From Obrimoposthia wandeli (lineage: Eukaryota), in NCBI GenBank assembly GCA_977020255.1, contig CDROCS010000506.1, forward strand, positions 2,728,001 through 2,792,000: 64,000 bases of DNA, read 5' to 3'. Positions 18,486-29,938 of this stretch are shown here, piece after piece. The position numbers and the translations under genes were made by a program. The number at the start of each line of letters is the position of its first letter. Position 1 is the stretch's first letter. Below the pieces are notes generated by a model that was not told the DNA's origin, did no database searches, and worked only from the letters and a program-made list of their open reading frames with translations.

Positions 18486-20294
18486 ATGAGCCAGCATTTC
18501 GTAAATCAGATCCTTGATAGGATCGAAAAGTATCAAGACAAAACGGCCCTAAAAAGTAAAACTAAAACTGGCTGGGATTGCATCAGCTGGACACAGATGG
18601 GCGAGCGTATTGAAGGTCTCGCTAATAACTTACTTAACCGCGGACTAAAAGTTCAAGAGACTGTGGGTATTTGGGCAAATAATTTACCGGAATGGACGAT
18701 TGCCGATCTTGCCCTACAGCAATGTCGCGCCGTGTCTGTACCGCTTTATCCAAGCAGCACATCTTCGCAAGCAGAATACATCATTAATGATGCCAAGATG
18801 ACCTGCATGTTTATTGGCGATAAAGCAGAATTGAACCTCGCCTTACCTTTACTGGATAAGTGTGAAACGCTGCAATCATTAATCGTATTATCATCGACAG
18901 TGAAACTGCCTGATGATCCGCGTGTTGTTGCTTATGCTGATTTATTAGATTTCATCCCTGGCGGTTCATCATCACTGGCACTAGCACATCGTATCGAACA
19001 CGCGAAAGTCGATGATCTAGTTACCTTGATTTATACTTCAGGCACGACGGGTGAGCCTAAAGGTGTGATGTTAGATTACGCGAATATCCAAGCGGCTTTA
19101 GCATTAAATGAACCTGAGACTCGTTTAGAAGAAACTGATGTATCGTTAGCTTTCTTACCATTAAGCCATGTGTTCGAGCGTATTTGGACATTTAATGCTT
19201 TGTTTTGGGGTGCTGAAAATACCTACCTTAAAGATCCCGCTCGTATTCAAAAAGCGTTAACAGATACTCAACCTACTGTGATGTGTGCAGTGCCGCGTTT
19301 GTATGAAAAAATCCATACAACCATGATGAACAAAGTTGAAAATGCTCCAGAGTCGCGCAGAAAACTATTTCATTGGTCTATCGCTGTTGGTAAAAAACGC
19401 TTTGCAGCACAGCAAGCGGGTACGTCTGTTTCACCGTTATTAAAGCTGCAGCATATGATTGCCGATAAATTGGTATTCACTAAATTACGCGCGGTGTTTG
19501 GTGGCAAGGTACGTTTCTTCCCGTGTTCTGGCGCGAAACTGGATGATGAAGTTAATTTATTCTTCCAAGCAATCGGTATCCATCTAAAATATGGTTACGG
19601 CATGACAGAAACCGTGGCGACAGTGAGCTGTTATTCAAAAGACTTTAAACTTGGCTCTATTGGTTCGGTATTACCGGGTATTGAAGTGAAACTGGGTGCT
19701 GAAAACGAGATCTTAATTAAAAGCCCGACAGTGATGCGTGGTTACTTTAACAAACCAGAAGAAACGGCCAAAACATTCGATGGAGAATGGCTGAAAACCG
19801 GTGATGCTGGTGCGATTGATGAAAATGGCTACCTGTATATTACCGATCGTCTGAAAGACTTAATGAAAACCGAGTGTGGTAAATATATTGCGCCGCAGCT
19901 AATCGAAGGCACGTTAGGTCGCGACCGTTTCATTGAACAGGTAGCGGTATTTGCGGATGCTCGAAAATATGCATCAGCCTTAATTGTACCTGCGCAAGAA
20001 GCGATTGAAGAACATGCCAAAAGCCTTAATTTAAAGTATGAATCATACGTTGAATTACTTAAACACACTAAGATTGTCGAGCTACTGGACGAACGTGTTA
20101 AAGAGATGCAAAAAGAGTTAGCTAAATTTGAGCAAGTGAAGAAATTTAAGCTCATGGCATCACCGTTTACCAATGAAAAAGGTGAACTGACACCAACACT
20201 TAAATTAAAGCGTAAAGTGATTCAACAGCGCTACAGCAGCTTAATTGAAAGTATGTATAGCACTGTTAAAAAAGGAAAAAATATAAAATCTTAA
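18486..20294 (+). CDS. Long-chain fatty-acid--CoA ligase (AMP-binding, LcfH/FadD15-like)
   Basis: IYTSGTTGEPKGVML, GYGMTE, WLKTGD and TPTLKLKR motifs. Confidence 0.92.
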   Translation: MSQHFVNQILDRIEKYQDKTALKSKTKTGWDCISWTQMGERIEGLANNLLNRGLKVQETVGIWANNLPEWTIADLALQQCRAVSVPLYPSSTSSQAEYIINDAKMTCMFIGDKAELNLALPLLDKCETLQSLIVLSSTVKLPDDPRVVAYADLLDFIPGGSSSLALAHRIEHAKVDDLVTLIYTSGTTGEPKGVMLDYANIQAALALNEPETRLEETDVSLAFLPLSHVFERIWTFNALFWGAENTYLKDPARIQKALTDTQPTVMCAVPRLYEKIHTTMMNKVENAPESRRKLFHWSIAVGKKRFAAQQAGTSVSPLLKLQHMIADKLVFTKLRAVFGGKVRFFPCSGAKLDDEVNLFFQAIGIHLKYGYGMTETVATVSCYSKDFKLGSIGSVLPGIEVKLGAENEILIKSPTVMRGYFNKPEETAKTFDGEWLKTGDAGAIDENGYLYITDRLKDLMKTECGKYIAPQLIEGTLGRDRFIEQVAVFADARKYASALIVPAQEAIEEHAKSLNLKYESYVELLKHTKIVELLDERVKEMQKELAKFEQVKKFKLMASPFTNEKGELTPTLKLKRKVIQQRYSSLIESMYSTVKKGKNIKS

Positions 20295-20508
20295 GTTTTT
20301 CCTTCTAGCATACTTTATCCCGTTGTGCATTTTAAAAGTGACTGGCAACGGGATTATCATTTCTGGATCACACTTATTACTGAGTGATCTTTTATTGCCC
20401 TAGCACTTTCTGCTATTTATTCCTAAGCCTCGTAAATATTCACGCCATTGTGATCTATCTGAACTAACCTTAATTTAATATGGATAAACAGATTGGTAAC
20501 AATGGATA

Positions 20509-22164
20509 GTGCTAATTATGGACAAGTTCAATACCGGAAAATATTCAGGTCAAAGGCGTAAAATAATACTTACCTTAATGGCTGTTGCTGGCTCATTCAT
20601 GCTGTTTTTTGCTGTTTACTTCTTAGCCTATTCAAGTGATTCAATCTGGTTGTTATTATTGGACCTACGCCATACGATAATCTTAACGCCTAGTTCTGTC
20701 ATTATGGCTATAGTTGTCAGCACTATTAGTGTTATCTGTATCTATAAAGCAAGTAACTACAGGCAGTCTCTGCGAAAAGCTAATTTGGAATTATCTCGTT
20801 TACAAGGGCGACTCGTCGAGTTAGATTTATCGGTATATTTAGATAACTGCACTGGATTAGCTAATCGATTCAAGTTTTTAGAAGTACTTGATGCCCGAAT
20901 GGCGCAAGGGAAAGGAAATACTGCTTTATGTATTTTGGATCTCGACGACCTTAAAAATATTAATGATACCTTGGGCCATAATGTTGGTGATCAAGTCATC
21001 GCTATTATAGCGCAACGTATCAAACTGTCGTTAGAATATTCTTTGCAACCTAAGGTCTATAAAACAGATGTTTTTCGTATTGGTGGCGATGAATTTGCCA
21101 TCTTAATGATGGGCATATCTGATGCGGAAGATGTCGCACCAATCTTAGACCAGCTGCTTAAAAATATCCGTCGTAAAATTGAATTGTCTGGTGAGCGTAT
21201 CTCTGTCGGTGTCAGTATTGGCGTTAGTATTAGTCCTGAACATGGCATGTGTAGCGACTCATTATTGAAAAAAGCCGATATGGCGATGTATAAAGTGAAA
21301 GAGTCTGGTAAGCATGGCGTGGCGTTCTTTAAGCCTGAATACATGCGTGAATTGGAATACCGAGTACACCTTGAACAAGAAATTCGTCAAGCGATTATCA
21401 ATGGTGAATTTGAAATTTATTATCAACCTGTGATTGATACATCAACAGGAAAAGAATTAGGCTTTGAAGCGCTCATTCGTTGGAATCACCCAGTGCGAGG
21501 TTTAGTGCCGCCCGATGATTTTATTCCAATCGCAGAGCAAACGGGTCTTATCGTGTCTATGGGTCAATGGATCATTAAACAGGTATGCAGTGATTTATCA
21601 TTATTACAGATCAACAATCCTGAGTATTTCATTGCCATCAATATTGCACCACAACAACTTGCTGATCATGCCTTTGTACAAAATGTCAGAAGTATTTTAG
21701 CGTGTTACTCACTATCGCCTAGCCAGATCCATTTTGAGATAACTGAAACCACATTAATGAATGCAGATGGTGATAATTTACGGGTACTACGTGAATTAAA
21801 TAACTTAGGCATCAAATTATGGATTGATGATTTTGGCACGGGTTATTCCTCTTTCAGTTATCTGCATAAATTTCAATTTTATGGGATCAAGCTTGATCGT
21901 AGTTTTATTGAAGGTGTCGTTGATTCTGAACGCAGCCAGAATATTGTTAAAGGTATTTGTGCGATGGGAGAGGCTTTAAAATTAGAGTTATTAGGTGAAG
22001 GTATTGAGGACCCTCGGCAAGCCGAATTCCTACTAAAACAAGGCTGCTCTAAAGTGCAAGGTTACTGGTATGCAAAACCGATGTCTTTACCCACGTTAAA
22101 TATGTGGTTAGCAAGTCGAAAGGAAAATACGCTAGTGGAAACCAAAGAACGCCCCTCTGCATAG
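20509..22164 (+). CDS. Membrane-anchored GGDEF-EAL protein
   Basis: Two N-terminal TM helices. GGDEF intact. EAL, N, E, DDFGTGYSS, K, EG.E and QG residues present. Confidence 0.92.
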   Translation: MLIMDKFNTGKYSGQRRKIILTLMAVAGSFMLFFAVYFLAYSSDSIWLLLLDLRHTIILTPSSVIMAIVVSTISVICIYKASNYRQSLRKANLELSRLQGRLVELDLSVYLDNCTGLANRFKFLEVLDARMAQGKGNTALCILDLDDLKNINDTLGHNVGDQVIAIIAQRIKLSLEYSLQPKVYKTDVFRIGGDEFAILMMGISDAEDVAPILDQLLKNIRRKIELSGERISVGVSIGVSISPEHGMCSDSLLKKADMAMYKVKESGKHGVAFFKPEYMRELEYRVHLEQEIRQAIINGEFEIYYQPVIDTSTGKELGFEALIRWNHPVRGLVPPDDFIPIAEQTGLIVSMGQWIIKQVCSDLSLLQINNPEYFIAINIAPQQLADHAFVQNVRSILACYSLSPSQIHFEITETTLMNADGDNLRVLRELNNLGIKLWIDDFGTGYSSFSYLHKFQFYGIKLDRSFIEGVVDSERSQNIVKGICAMGEALKLELLGEGIEDPRQAEFLLKQGCSKVQGYWYAKPMSLPTLNMWLASRKENTLVETKERPSA

Positions 22165-22463
22165 CCAAATATTTTTGGTAATTTAGTAATTCGTCAAATT
22201 AAATATTTTGAAATAAGAGTACGTCATTATACGGATTACATTCTACCATTTAATCTTTTTCATTTTAAATCAACCTGTTGCCAGTATAACCTTCTTCGTT
22301 ACTCTCATGTTTTAGACCGAAATATATCGTTGTAAGTGATTATGATGAATTTTTTTGATATTTAATTTCTTATATTGCTTTTAAAGATGATTTTATTTTG
22401 TTAATTTCAGTAAATAAACCAATAAAAATAAAGTTAAATCTAATTCAATGAGAAGTTTAAACT

Positions 22464-22481
22464 TGTAACGGACTTGTTACA
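22464..22481. promoter_or_regulatory. TyrR-box-like palindrome overlapping the putative ilvI -10
   Basis: TGTAAC-N6-GTTACA versus TGTAAA-N6-TTTACA. TACAAT at 22478-22483. Confidence 0.45.
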
Positions 22482-22533
22482 ATGTGGACAGTTGTCAAAC
22501 TAGAATTAGGAAATGGGCCGGGAGGGCCTGCTT

Positions 22534-24261
22534 ATGGAAATGTTGTCTGGTGCCGAAATGGTAATCCGCTCACTGGAAGATGAGGGTATTGAGCATATCT
22601 TCGGTTATCCTGGTGGCTCTGTTCTTGATATTTATGATGCGTTATTCGAATCAAGTCAAATTGAACATTTTTTAGTGCGTCATGAGCAAGCTGCAGTACA
22701 TGCTGCAGATGGTTATGCACGTTCGACAGGGAAAGTTGGTACCGTCCTAGTTACATCAGGACCTGGTGCGACAAACTGTATTACTGGTATTGCAACTGCG
22801 TATATGGATTCTATCCCGCTGGTTGTGTTATCTGGTCAGGTTCCTACCTCAATGATCGGTAACGATGCATTCCAGGAAACGGACATGATGGGTGTATCTC
22901 GCCCAATCGTAAAACACAGTTTTTTATGTAAAACTGCTGCTGACATCCCTGATGCCATTAAAAAAGCGTTTTATATCGCGTCAACGGGTCGTCCTGGACC
23001 TGTGGTAATTGATTTACCAAAAGATACGCAAAATCCATTAGCTAAATTTCCGTACAAATACCCTGAGAACGTGTCAATGCGTTCATATAACCCAGTTAAA
23101 TCGGGTCATAAAGGTCAAGTACGTAAAGCTGTTAAAGCGATTGCAACAGCCAAGAAACCAGTACTTTATGTGGGTGGTGGCGCAGTTATCGCTAACGCTG
23201 AAGCACAAGTATTGAAGTTTGCTGAGCAATTAAATCTACCGGTAACGAATACGTTGATGGGGCTGGGTATTTTCCCTGGTACACATCCACAAAATGTCGG
23301 TATGTTAGGTATGCACGGTACGTTTGAAGCGAATAAAACCATGCATAATTCAGATCTTATTATTTGCCTAGGCGCACGTTTCGATGATCGTGTAACTAAT
23401 GCGGTAGATAAGTTCTGTCCTGACGCTAAAATCATTCACGTTGATATTGACCCTACGTCAATTTCTAAAACCGTGCATGCTGATATTCCCATTGTTGGTT
23501 CTATCGAAGTGGTTGTTGAGCAGATGCTTGAGATTGTTCAAGAGTTAGATGTGACTGCGAATGAAGAAGAGCGTGCAGCTTGGTGGAAAGAAATTGATAG
23601 CTGGCGTACCAAGCAGTGCCTAAGTTATGAAACTGGTACATCGATTAAGCCACAAGGCGCAATTGAAGCTCTGTACAAGCACACTGACGGTAAAGCGATT
23701 ATTGCCTCGGATGTAGGCCAGCATCAAATGTTTGGTGCCTTGTATTATCCGTATGATAAACCGCGTCAGTGGATTAACTCCGGTGGTCTAGGAACAATGG
23801 GCTTTGGTTTCCCTGCTGCAATGGGCGCTAAAATCGCCAATCCAGAAAAAGTAGTATGTTGTATTTCTGGTGATGGTTCTATTCAAATGAATATTCAAGA
23901 ACTCTCTACTTGCCTACAATATGGTATCGCAGTGAAGATTATTACCCTGAATAATGGTGCGTTAGGCATGGTTAAGCAGTGGCAGAAAATGTTTTATGAT
24001 GGTCGTCACTCTCATTCTTATATGGAGTCTATGCCTGATTTTGTTAAATTGGCTGAAGCTTATCATCACGTTGGTATTCAGGTGAGTAAACCTGAAGACC
24101 TTGATAAAGCCTTTGCTGAGTGTTTCTCGGAAGAAAATAAAAATCGTGTGGTATTCATGGACATCATTATTGATCCTGAAGAGCATGTATATCCGATGCA
24201 CATCAAATATGGCGCAATGGATGATATGTACCTAAGTAAGACGGAGAAAACCACATCATGA
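22534..24261 (+). CDS. ilvI: Acetolactate synthase III large subunit
   Basis: [50 protein letters not shown] before ATG 22534. Confidence 0.96.
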   Translation: MEMLSGAEMVIRSLEDEGIEHIFGYPGGSVLDIYDALFESSQIEHFLVRHEQAAVHAADGYARSTGKVGTVLVTSGPGATNCITGIATAYMDSIPLVVLSGQVPTSMIGNDAFQETDMMGVSRPIVKHSFLCKTAADIPDAIKKAFYIASTGRPGPVVIDLPKDTQNPLAKFPYKYPENVSMRSYNPVKSGHKGQVRKAVKAIATAKKPVLYVGGGAVIANAEAQVLKFAEQLNLPVTNTLMGLGIFPGTHPQNVGMLGMHGTFEANKTMHNSDLIICLGARFDDRVTNAVDKFCPDAKIIHVDIDPTSISKTVHADIPIVGSIEVVVEQMLEIVQELDVTANEEERAAWWKEIDSWRTKQCLSYETGTSIKPQGAIEALYKHTDGKAIIASDVGQHQMFGALYYPYDKPRQWINSGGLGTMGFGFPAAMGAKIANPEKVVCCISGDGSIQMNIQELSTCLQYGIAVKIITLNNGALGMVKQWQKMFYDGRHSHSYMESMPDFVKLAEAYHHVGIQVSKPEDLDKAFAECFSEENKNRVVFMDIIIDPEEHVYPMHIKYGAMDDMYLSKTEKTTS

Positions 24262-24752
24262 GACGTATAATTTCAGTATTAACAGAAAATGAATCGGGTG
24301 CATTGTCACGTATCGTTGGTTTGTTCTCACAACGTGGTTATAACATTGAATCGTTGACAGTATCGACGACTGATGATGAAACGCTTTCGCGTTTAACCTT
24401 GGTTACTAATGGTGACCGTGCGGTAGTCGAACAAATCATGAAGCAATTAAACAAGCTGATTGATGTGCTGAAGGTGAGCGATCTTACTGAAGGTCCGCAT
24501 ATTGAACGTGAGCTATTATTGATTAAAGTAAAAGCATCTGGTTTTGTACGTGCAGAAGTGAAACGTACATCGGATATCTTCCGTGGCCAAATTGTTGATA
24601 TCACCGATTCTCTATATACAGTACAACTTGCGGGTGATAGCGATAAGCTTGATGCCTTTATTCAAACATTAGCATCGAGCACTGAGATTGTAGAAGTTGT
24701 TCGAAGTGGTGTTTGTGGTATCGCTCGTGGAGAACGCTGTTTAAAAGCATAA
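24258..24752 (+). CDS. ilvH: Acetolactate synthase III small subunit
   Basis: [27 protein letters not shown] domain, EVVRSG. Confidence 0.96.
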   Translation: MRRIISVLTENESGALSRIVGLFSQRGYNIESLTVSTTDDETLSRLTLVTNGDRAVVEQIMKQLNKLIDVLKVSDLTEGPHIERELLLIKVKASGFVRAEVKRTSDIFRGQIVDITDSLYTVQLAGDSDKLDAFIQTLASSTEIVEVVRSGVCGIARGERCLKA

Positions 24753-24770
24753 CCTCGCTTTTATCCGCAT

Positions 24771-24810
24771 AAAAAAGCCAGCTCATGTCATGTGAGCTGG
24801 CTTTTTATTT
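24771..24810. terminator. Bidirectional intrinsic terminator
   Basis: A6-gccagctca..tgagctggc-T5. Confidence 0.85.
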
Positions 24811-24838
24811 TGCTTAATTAATTATCTTAATCAAACGC

Positions 24839-25189
24839 TTATACTAATTTAGATAATTCACTATCAAATAAATTCTTCATTAAACCAACAAATTCTTCGA
24901 TAAATGCCATCTGTTCATTACTTGGTGATATATCCCAAGCACTTGATAATACTTCTTCTAAATCACCGACAATGGCGTCGATCTCTCTGATCACGATAAA
25001 ACGGTGTTTTTCAGTAAGCTGCTGATGTTGATTACACACCATCATTGTATTGTTAGCGATATGTTCAGAAAAAATATCGCCGATGGTGTCTGTTGTAGAT
25101 GCAGTTTGCTGACTATGGTTTTCAAAAATAGCTAAGTTATCCGCTAAAAAATGGATTAGCTGAATGTAACCATCACTGTTTGTTATCAT
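24839..25189 (-). CDS. DUF3802-family hypothetical protein
   Basis: M...DGY..LI..L..NL..F...and DL.EVL...W......Q..FI.EF..L.KNLFD pattern recalled from Vibrio/Shewanella proteins. Confidence 0.7.
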   Translation of the reverse strand: MITNSDGYIQLIHFLADNLAIFENHSQQTASTTDTIGDIFSEHIANNTMMVCNQHQQLTEKHRFIVIREIDAIVGDLEEVLSSAWDISPSNEQMAFIEEFVGLMKNLFDSELSKLV

Positions 25190-25436
25190 TATTATTTACC
25201 GCTTCAAATATAAACATCACATGCTATTGCGTCGTTCCTCGCTAATAGGGGGTTACGCCGCTATTCGGATATCAGCATGTATAAGGCTTAATTATGCGCT
25301 GACCGCTTTGATAGGTAAAGTAGAACAGAAAACAAAGCGTTATTTTCTGTGCTACTTTGCGTCATATCAATAATTTTGTCAGATAGTTTGCAGTAAACTC
25401 ATATTTAATAGCTACAAGTGGGTATATGGAATAGGA

Positions 25437-26210
25437 TTAATTAAATCGTGAAAAGTCTGGCTTACGTTTTTGCATAAAAGCCGATACCGCTTCTTTAGAT
25501 TCTTCGCTTTCAAGCGCTGCGGAAAAGTATTCAAGCTCTACGTGGATCACTTTCTCGATTTGACTAATCAATTCAGCTTTCATTAATTTTTTGGTATTAC
25601 GCAGAGATGCAGGCGCTTTTGCAGCTAATTTCAATGCACTTTTTTCAGCCATGGCAAACAATTCATCTGCAGGCAGCACTTTATTGGCTAAGCCTATTTC
25701 TAATGCGGTTTGAGCATCAAATTTATCTGCGAGTAGCATCAGTTCGGCAGCGCGTTGATGGCCCGCCATACGCGGTAATATCAAGCTAGCTGCATATTCT
25801 GGTACAGCAGCAAGGTCGGTAAAAGGTAAACGCAGAACAGTGTTATCGGCAAGGTAGACTAAATCACAATGCATCAACATTGTGGTGCCAATACCAACCG
25901 CTGGACCCGCTGCTGCAGCGATGACAGGTTTTGAGAAGTGTAATAATGCCAACATATACTGCACTAACGGTTGGTCTTTAGAAAAATCCATCCCATTCAT
26001 GAAGTCGGCCATGTCATTACCCGCACAGAAACAAGTCTCTGACCCGCGCAATATCACGACACGTACCTCGGCGTTATCATCTGCTTGACGAAAAGCTTCC
26101 GCTAACTCGGTATAAAATGCGCCGTTAAATGCATTAAGTTTATCTAAGCGATTGAGGGTTAGTGTCAGTACGCCTTGTGCATTCAATTCAGAGAGTAAGT
26201 AAGTCGCCAT
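25437..26210 (-). CDS. Enoyl-CoA hydratase/isomerase (crotonase family)
   Basis: LNR.DKLNA, FCAGND, GPAVGIG.TMLMHCD, E..SAFMQKRKPDF. Likely start ATG 26210. Confidence 0.9.
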   Translation of the reverse strand: MATYLLSELNAQGVLTLTLNRLDKLNAFNGAFYTELAEAFRQADDNAEVRVVILRGSETCFCAGNDMADFMNGMDFSKDQPLVQYMLALLHFSKPVIAAAAGPAVGIGTTMLMHCDLVYLADNTVLRLPFTDLAAVPEYAASLILPRMAGHQRAAELMLLADKFDAQTALEIGLANKVLPADELFAMAEKSALKLAAKAPASLRNTKKLMKAELISQIEKVIHVELEYFSAALESEESKEAVSAFMQKRKPDFSRFN

Positions 26211-26453
26211 TTTGTCATCCTGATAATGGGGTTTTGAGAGCACTATTTTGCCATGTAAAGCACTTGAATTATACTGACAATGTTAGTATTTGGTTGTTAT
26301 TTTGTTAAAGCTGCTTGTGGTTTATTTGCTATATATCCATAAGCCAACTTATCCCTATATAACTAAATGGAATAAAAAATCATTATTTATTCTTTGTGGT
26401 TATCCTTAACAGTCGTTAATCTGGAATTAATTCAGCACAGTGGAAGCCGTAAT

Positions 26454-28250
26454 ATGCTATTAAAGGAACTATCATCATTGACGAGTCCGTTGAGTGAGCC
26501 GCAGTTATCAACATTGCAATTGGCACTTAACGATTTGTCACCAACGCAAACCGCGTGGGTAAGTGGATATTTGGCAGGGATAAGCCAAGCATCTGGAGGT
26601 CAAGTACAGGCGCAAGGCGCGGTATCTCAACCTGCTCAACGTGTGACTATTTTATTTGGTTCACAAACCGGTAATGCTAAAGGTGTTGCAACAGAACTTT
26701 TTGAACAAGCACAAGCACAAGGCATTGCAGCTAGACTTGTCAATATGGCTGATTATAAAGCCAAAGAATTGAAAACAGAATCGCACCTATTAATTGTTGC
26801 TAGTACTAATGGTGAAGGTGAAGCGCCAGATGATGCGATTACCTTCCATGAATTTTTAGCCTCTAAAAAAGCGCCTAAAGTACCCACGCTGAAATACAGT
26901 GTTTGTGCATTAGGTGATTCAAGCTATGAATTCTACTGTCAAACAGGGTTAGAGTTTGATGAACGTTTAGCTGCATTAGGCGCTGAAGCCGTTGTCGCTC
27001 GTGCTGACTGTGATGTTGATTATGATGATGCAGTGGCAACGTGGAGCGAACTTGCACTGGCAGCGGTTAAAGCCACACTTAAAGACGCCACAACGACTGA
27101 AGCGCCAAGTACGGCTGTTGCGTCGACGCATGTAGCTAATACTTATTCGAAAAAGAAGCCGTTTAAAACCGAATTACTAGTGAATCAAAAGATAACCGGG
27201 CGTTTTTCAGATAAAGACATTCGTCATGTTGAGATCGCGTTAGAAGATTCTGGTATCAGCTATCAGGCTGGTGATGCGTTAGGGATCTGGTTTAAGAATG
27301 ATCCTGTGCTTGTCGATGCGATTTTAGATCAATTAGAATTAGATGGTGCAGAAACCGTTACGGTAGCAAATGAAACGCAAAGTTTACGTGATGCGTTGAT
27401 TAATCGCTTTGAGTTAACGCAGAGTTACCCAAGCTTCATTCAAGCTTATGCTGAATTATCAGGCTCGAAGAAATTAGCTAAATTACTCGATGATAAAACC
27501 GCGTTACGTAATTATTGTTATGGTCGTCAAATTTTAGACGTTATTGATGAGAAAAAAGCGACATTGACAGCAGAGCAGCTGCTTGCTGGCTTACGTAAAT
27601 TAACACCACGTCTTTATTCAATCGCTTCAAGCCCTAATGAAGCTGAAGGTGAAGTTCATTTAACCGTTGCTGTCGTTGATTATCAGCAAAGTGGCGAACA
27701 ACGTATTGGCGGTGCTTCTGGCTTCCTCCAGCGTCTTGAAGAAGGTACTGACGTTGAAGTTTTTGTTGAGCACAACGATAACTTCCGCCTGCCAAGTAAC
27801 GATGAGACTCCGGTGATCATGGTTGGTCCTGGTACCGGTATCGCGCCATTCCGTGCATTTGTACAAGAACGTGATGTACGTGAAGCGACAGGTAATAACT
27901 GGTTGTTCTTTGGTAACCAACATTTTACTGATGACTTCTTGTATCAAACAGAATGGCAGGATTATTTAAAATCAGGTCTATTAACCAAGATGGATGTGGC
28001 GTTCTCACGCGACCAAGCTGAAAAGATTTATGTACAAGACCGCTTACGTGAAAATGCAGCAGAACTGTATGCCTGGTTAGAACAGGGCGCTCACGTTTAT
28101 GTCTGTGGTGACGGCGATAGAATGGCGAAAGATGTGAATGAAGCATTGATCGACATCGTAGCAGAACAAGGTAAATTAGCGCGTAGTGAAGCAGAAGAGT
28201 ATGTTGCTGAACTACGTCGGAATAAACGTTATCAGAGGGATGTTTACTGA
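26454..28250 (+). CDS. cysJ: Sulfite reductase (NADPH) flavoprotein alpha subunit
   Basis: GSQTGNA flavodoxin motif, [26 protein letters not shown]. Confidence 0.97.
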   Translation: MLLKELSSLTSPLSEPQLSTLQLALNDLSPTQTAWVSGYLAGISQASGGQVQAQGAVSQPAQRVTILFGSQTGNAKGVATELFEQAQAQGIAARLVNMADYKAKELKTESHLLIVASTNGEGEAPDDAITFHEFLASKKAPKVPTLKYSVCALGDSSYEFYCQTGLEFDERLAALGAEAVVARADCDVDYDDAVATWSELALAAVKATLKDATTTEAPSTAVASTHVANTYSKKKPFKTELLVNQKITGRFSDKDIRHVEIALEDSGISYQAGDALGIWFKNDPVLVDAILDQLELDGAETVTVANETQSLRDALINRFELTQSYPSFIQAYAELSGSKKLAKLLDDKTALRNYCYGRQILDVIDEKKATLTAEQLLAGLRKLTPRLYSIASSPNEAEGEVHLTVAVVDYQQSGEQRIGGASGFLQRLEEGTDVEVFVEHNDNFRLPSNDETPVIMVGPGTGIAPFRAFVQERDVREATGNNWLFFGNQHFTDDFLYQTEWQDYLKSGLLTKMDVAFSRDQAEKIYVQDRLRENAAELYAWLEQGAHVYVCGDGDRMAKDVNEALIDIVAEQGKLARSEAEEYVAELRRNKRYQRDVY

Positions 28251-29938
28251 TGAGCGATATAAAATTAGCGGTTAACGAACGCATTAAAACGGAAAGTAAT
28301 CTTTTACGCGGTACTATTGCTGAAGGTCTTGCAGATCAAATCACTGGCGGACTGTCAGATGATGATATGCAGTTGACTAAATTCCATGGCTTCTATCAGC
28401 AAGACGATCGTGATATCCGCGCTGAACGTCAGAAACAAAAATTAGAACCTCGCCATAGCTTTATGTTACGTGCACGTGTTCCAGGTGGTATTTGTACACC
28501 GCAGCAATGGTTAGAGATAGATCGTATTGCTAGTGATTTAACAATTTATGGCAGTATTCGTTTAACGACGCGCCAAACGTTCCAGTATCACGGTATTTTG
28601 AAGCCGCAGGTGAAACCACTTATTCAAGCATTAGGCTCGGTTAACCTCGATTCAATTGCGGCTTGTGGTGATGTGAACCGTAATGTCATGTGTACGCCGA
28701 ATCCGGTTGAATCTGCATTACATCAAGAAGCGTATGCTTGGGCAATTCGTTTAAGTGATGACTTATTACCTAACACTAATGCCTATGCTGAATTGTGGTT
28801 AGACGGCGAGAAAGTAACAAGTAATGAAGTTGAGCCTATGTATGGTCCGACTTACTTACCGCGTAAATTTAAGATTGCCGTGGCGATCCCACCGCATAAC
28901 GACGTTGATATTCATGCTAATGATTTAAACTTTGTTGCAGTGGGTGATAACGGCAAATTAGCCGGTTTCAATGTGTTAGTTGGCGGCGGTATGGGCACGA
29001 CTCATGGCGATGTGAATACTTTCCCCCGTTTAGCGGATGACTTAGGTTTTGTTAAACCTGAAGATGCAGTTGAAGTGGCGAAAGCGGTGCTAACAGTACA
29101 ACGTGATTGGGGTTGTCGTACAGACCGTAAACGTGCGCGTTTGAAATATACACTTGAAGATAATGGTGTAGATAAATTCCGTGCAGAAGTTGAATTACGT
29201 TCAGGTATTAAATTTGCCGTACCAAAAGAAATTGTCTTTACTACCCGTGGTGATCGTTTCGGTTGGATCAAAGGTGTTGATAATAAATGGCATTTAACGC
29301 TGTTTATTGAAAATGGCCGTATTGTTGATACGGCAACCCACCCGATTAAAACTGGGTTAGTTGAGATTGCTAAGATCCACCAAGGTGATTTTAGAATGAC
29401 AGCCAACCAAAACTTAATTATTGCTGGTGTCGCAGAGCAAGATAAAGAGCAAATAGAGCGTCTTGCACGTCTATATGGCTTGTACTCTGATGAGATAAGT
29501 CAGCAACGCTTGAACTCAATGGCGTGTGTGGCTTTGCCTACATGTGCATTAGCCATGGCGGAAGCAGAACGTTATTTACCATCACTGGTAACGAAAGTTG
29601 AAGTGTTGTTAGCTAAACACGGTATTCCTGAAGAACACTTTGTGATGCGTATGACTGGCTGTCCAAACGGTTGTGGTCGTCCATTCTTAGCGGAAGTTGG
29701 CTTTGTTGGTAAAGGTCCTGGTAAATACAATATGTATTTGGGCGCGAAGAATAACGGCATGCGTTTAAACAAGATGTACCGTGAGAATATTGGTGAAGCT
29801 GAAATTTTATCTATTCTTGATACCTTGATAGCTGAATGGGCAACGAATGGCTTAGCTGACGAACGCTTTGGTGATTTTGTGGTGCGTAGTGAAGTGATTC
29901 AACCTGTAATTATTGCGTCGAGAGATTTCCATGGCTAA
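28250..29938 (+). CDS. cysI: Sulfite reductase hemoprotein beta subunit
   Basis: [40 protein letters not shown]. Confidence 0.97.
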   Translation: MSDIKLAVNERIKTESNLLRGTIAEGLADQITGGLSDDDMQLTKFHGFYQQDDRDIRAERQKQKLEPRHSFMLRARVPGGICTPQQWLEIDRIASDLTIYGSIRLTTRQTFQYHGILKPQVKPLIQALGSVNLDSIAACGDVNRNVMCTPNPVESALHQEAYAWAIRLSDDLLPNTNAYAELWLDGEKVTSNEVEPMYGPTYLPRKFKIAVAIPPHNDVDIHANDLNFVAVGDNGKLAGFNVLVGGGMGTTHGDVNTFPRLADDLGFVKPEDAVEVAKAVLTVQRDWGCRTDRKRARLKYTLEDNGVDKFRAEVELRSGIKFAVPKEIVFTTRGDRFGWIKGVDNKWHLTLFIENGRIVDTATHPIKTGLVEIAKIHQGDFRMTANQNLIIAGVAEQDKEQIERLARLYGLYSDEISQQRLNSMACVALPTCALAMAEAERYLPSLVTKVEVLLAKHGIPEEHFVMRMTGCPNGCGRPFLAEVGFVGKGPGKYNMYLGAKNNGMRLNKMYRENIGEAEILSILDTLIAEWATNGLADERFGDFVVRSEVIQPVIIASRDFHG

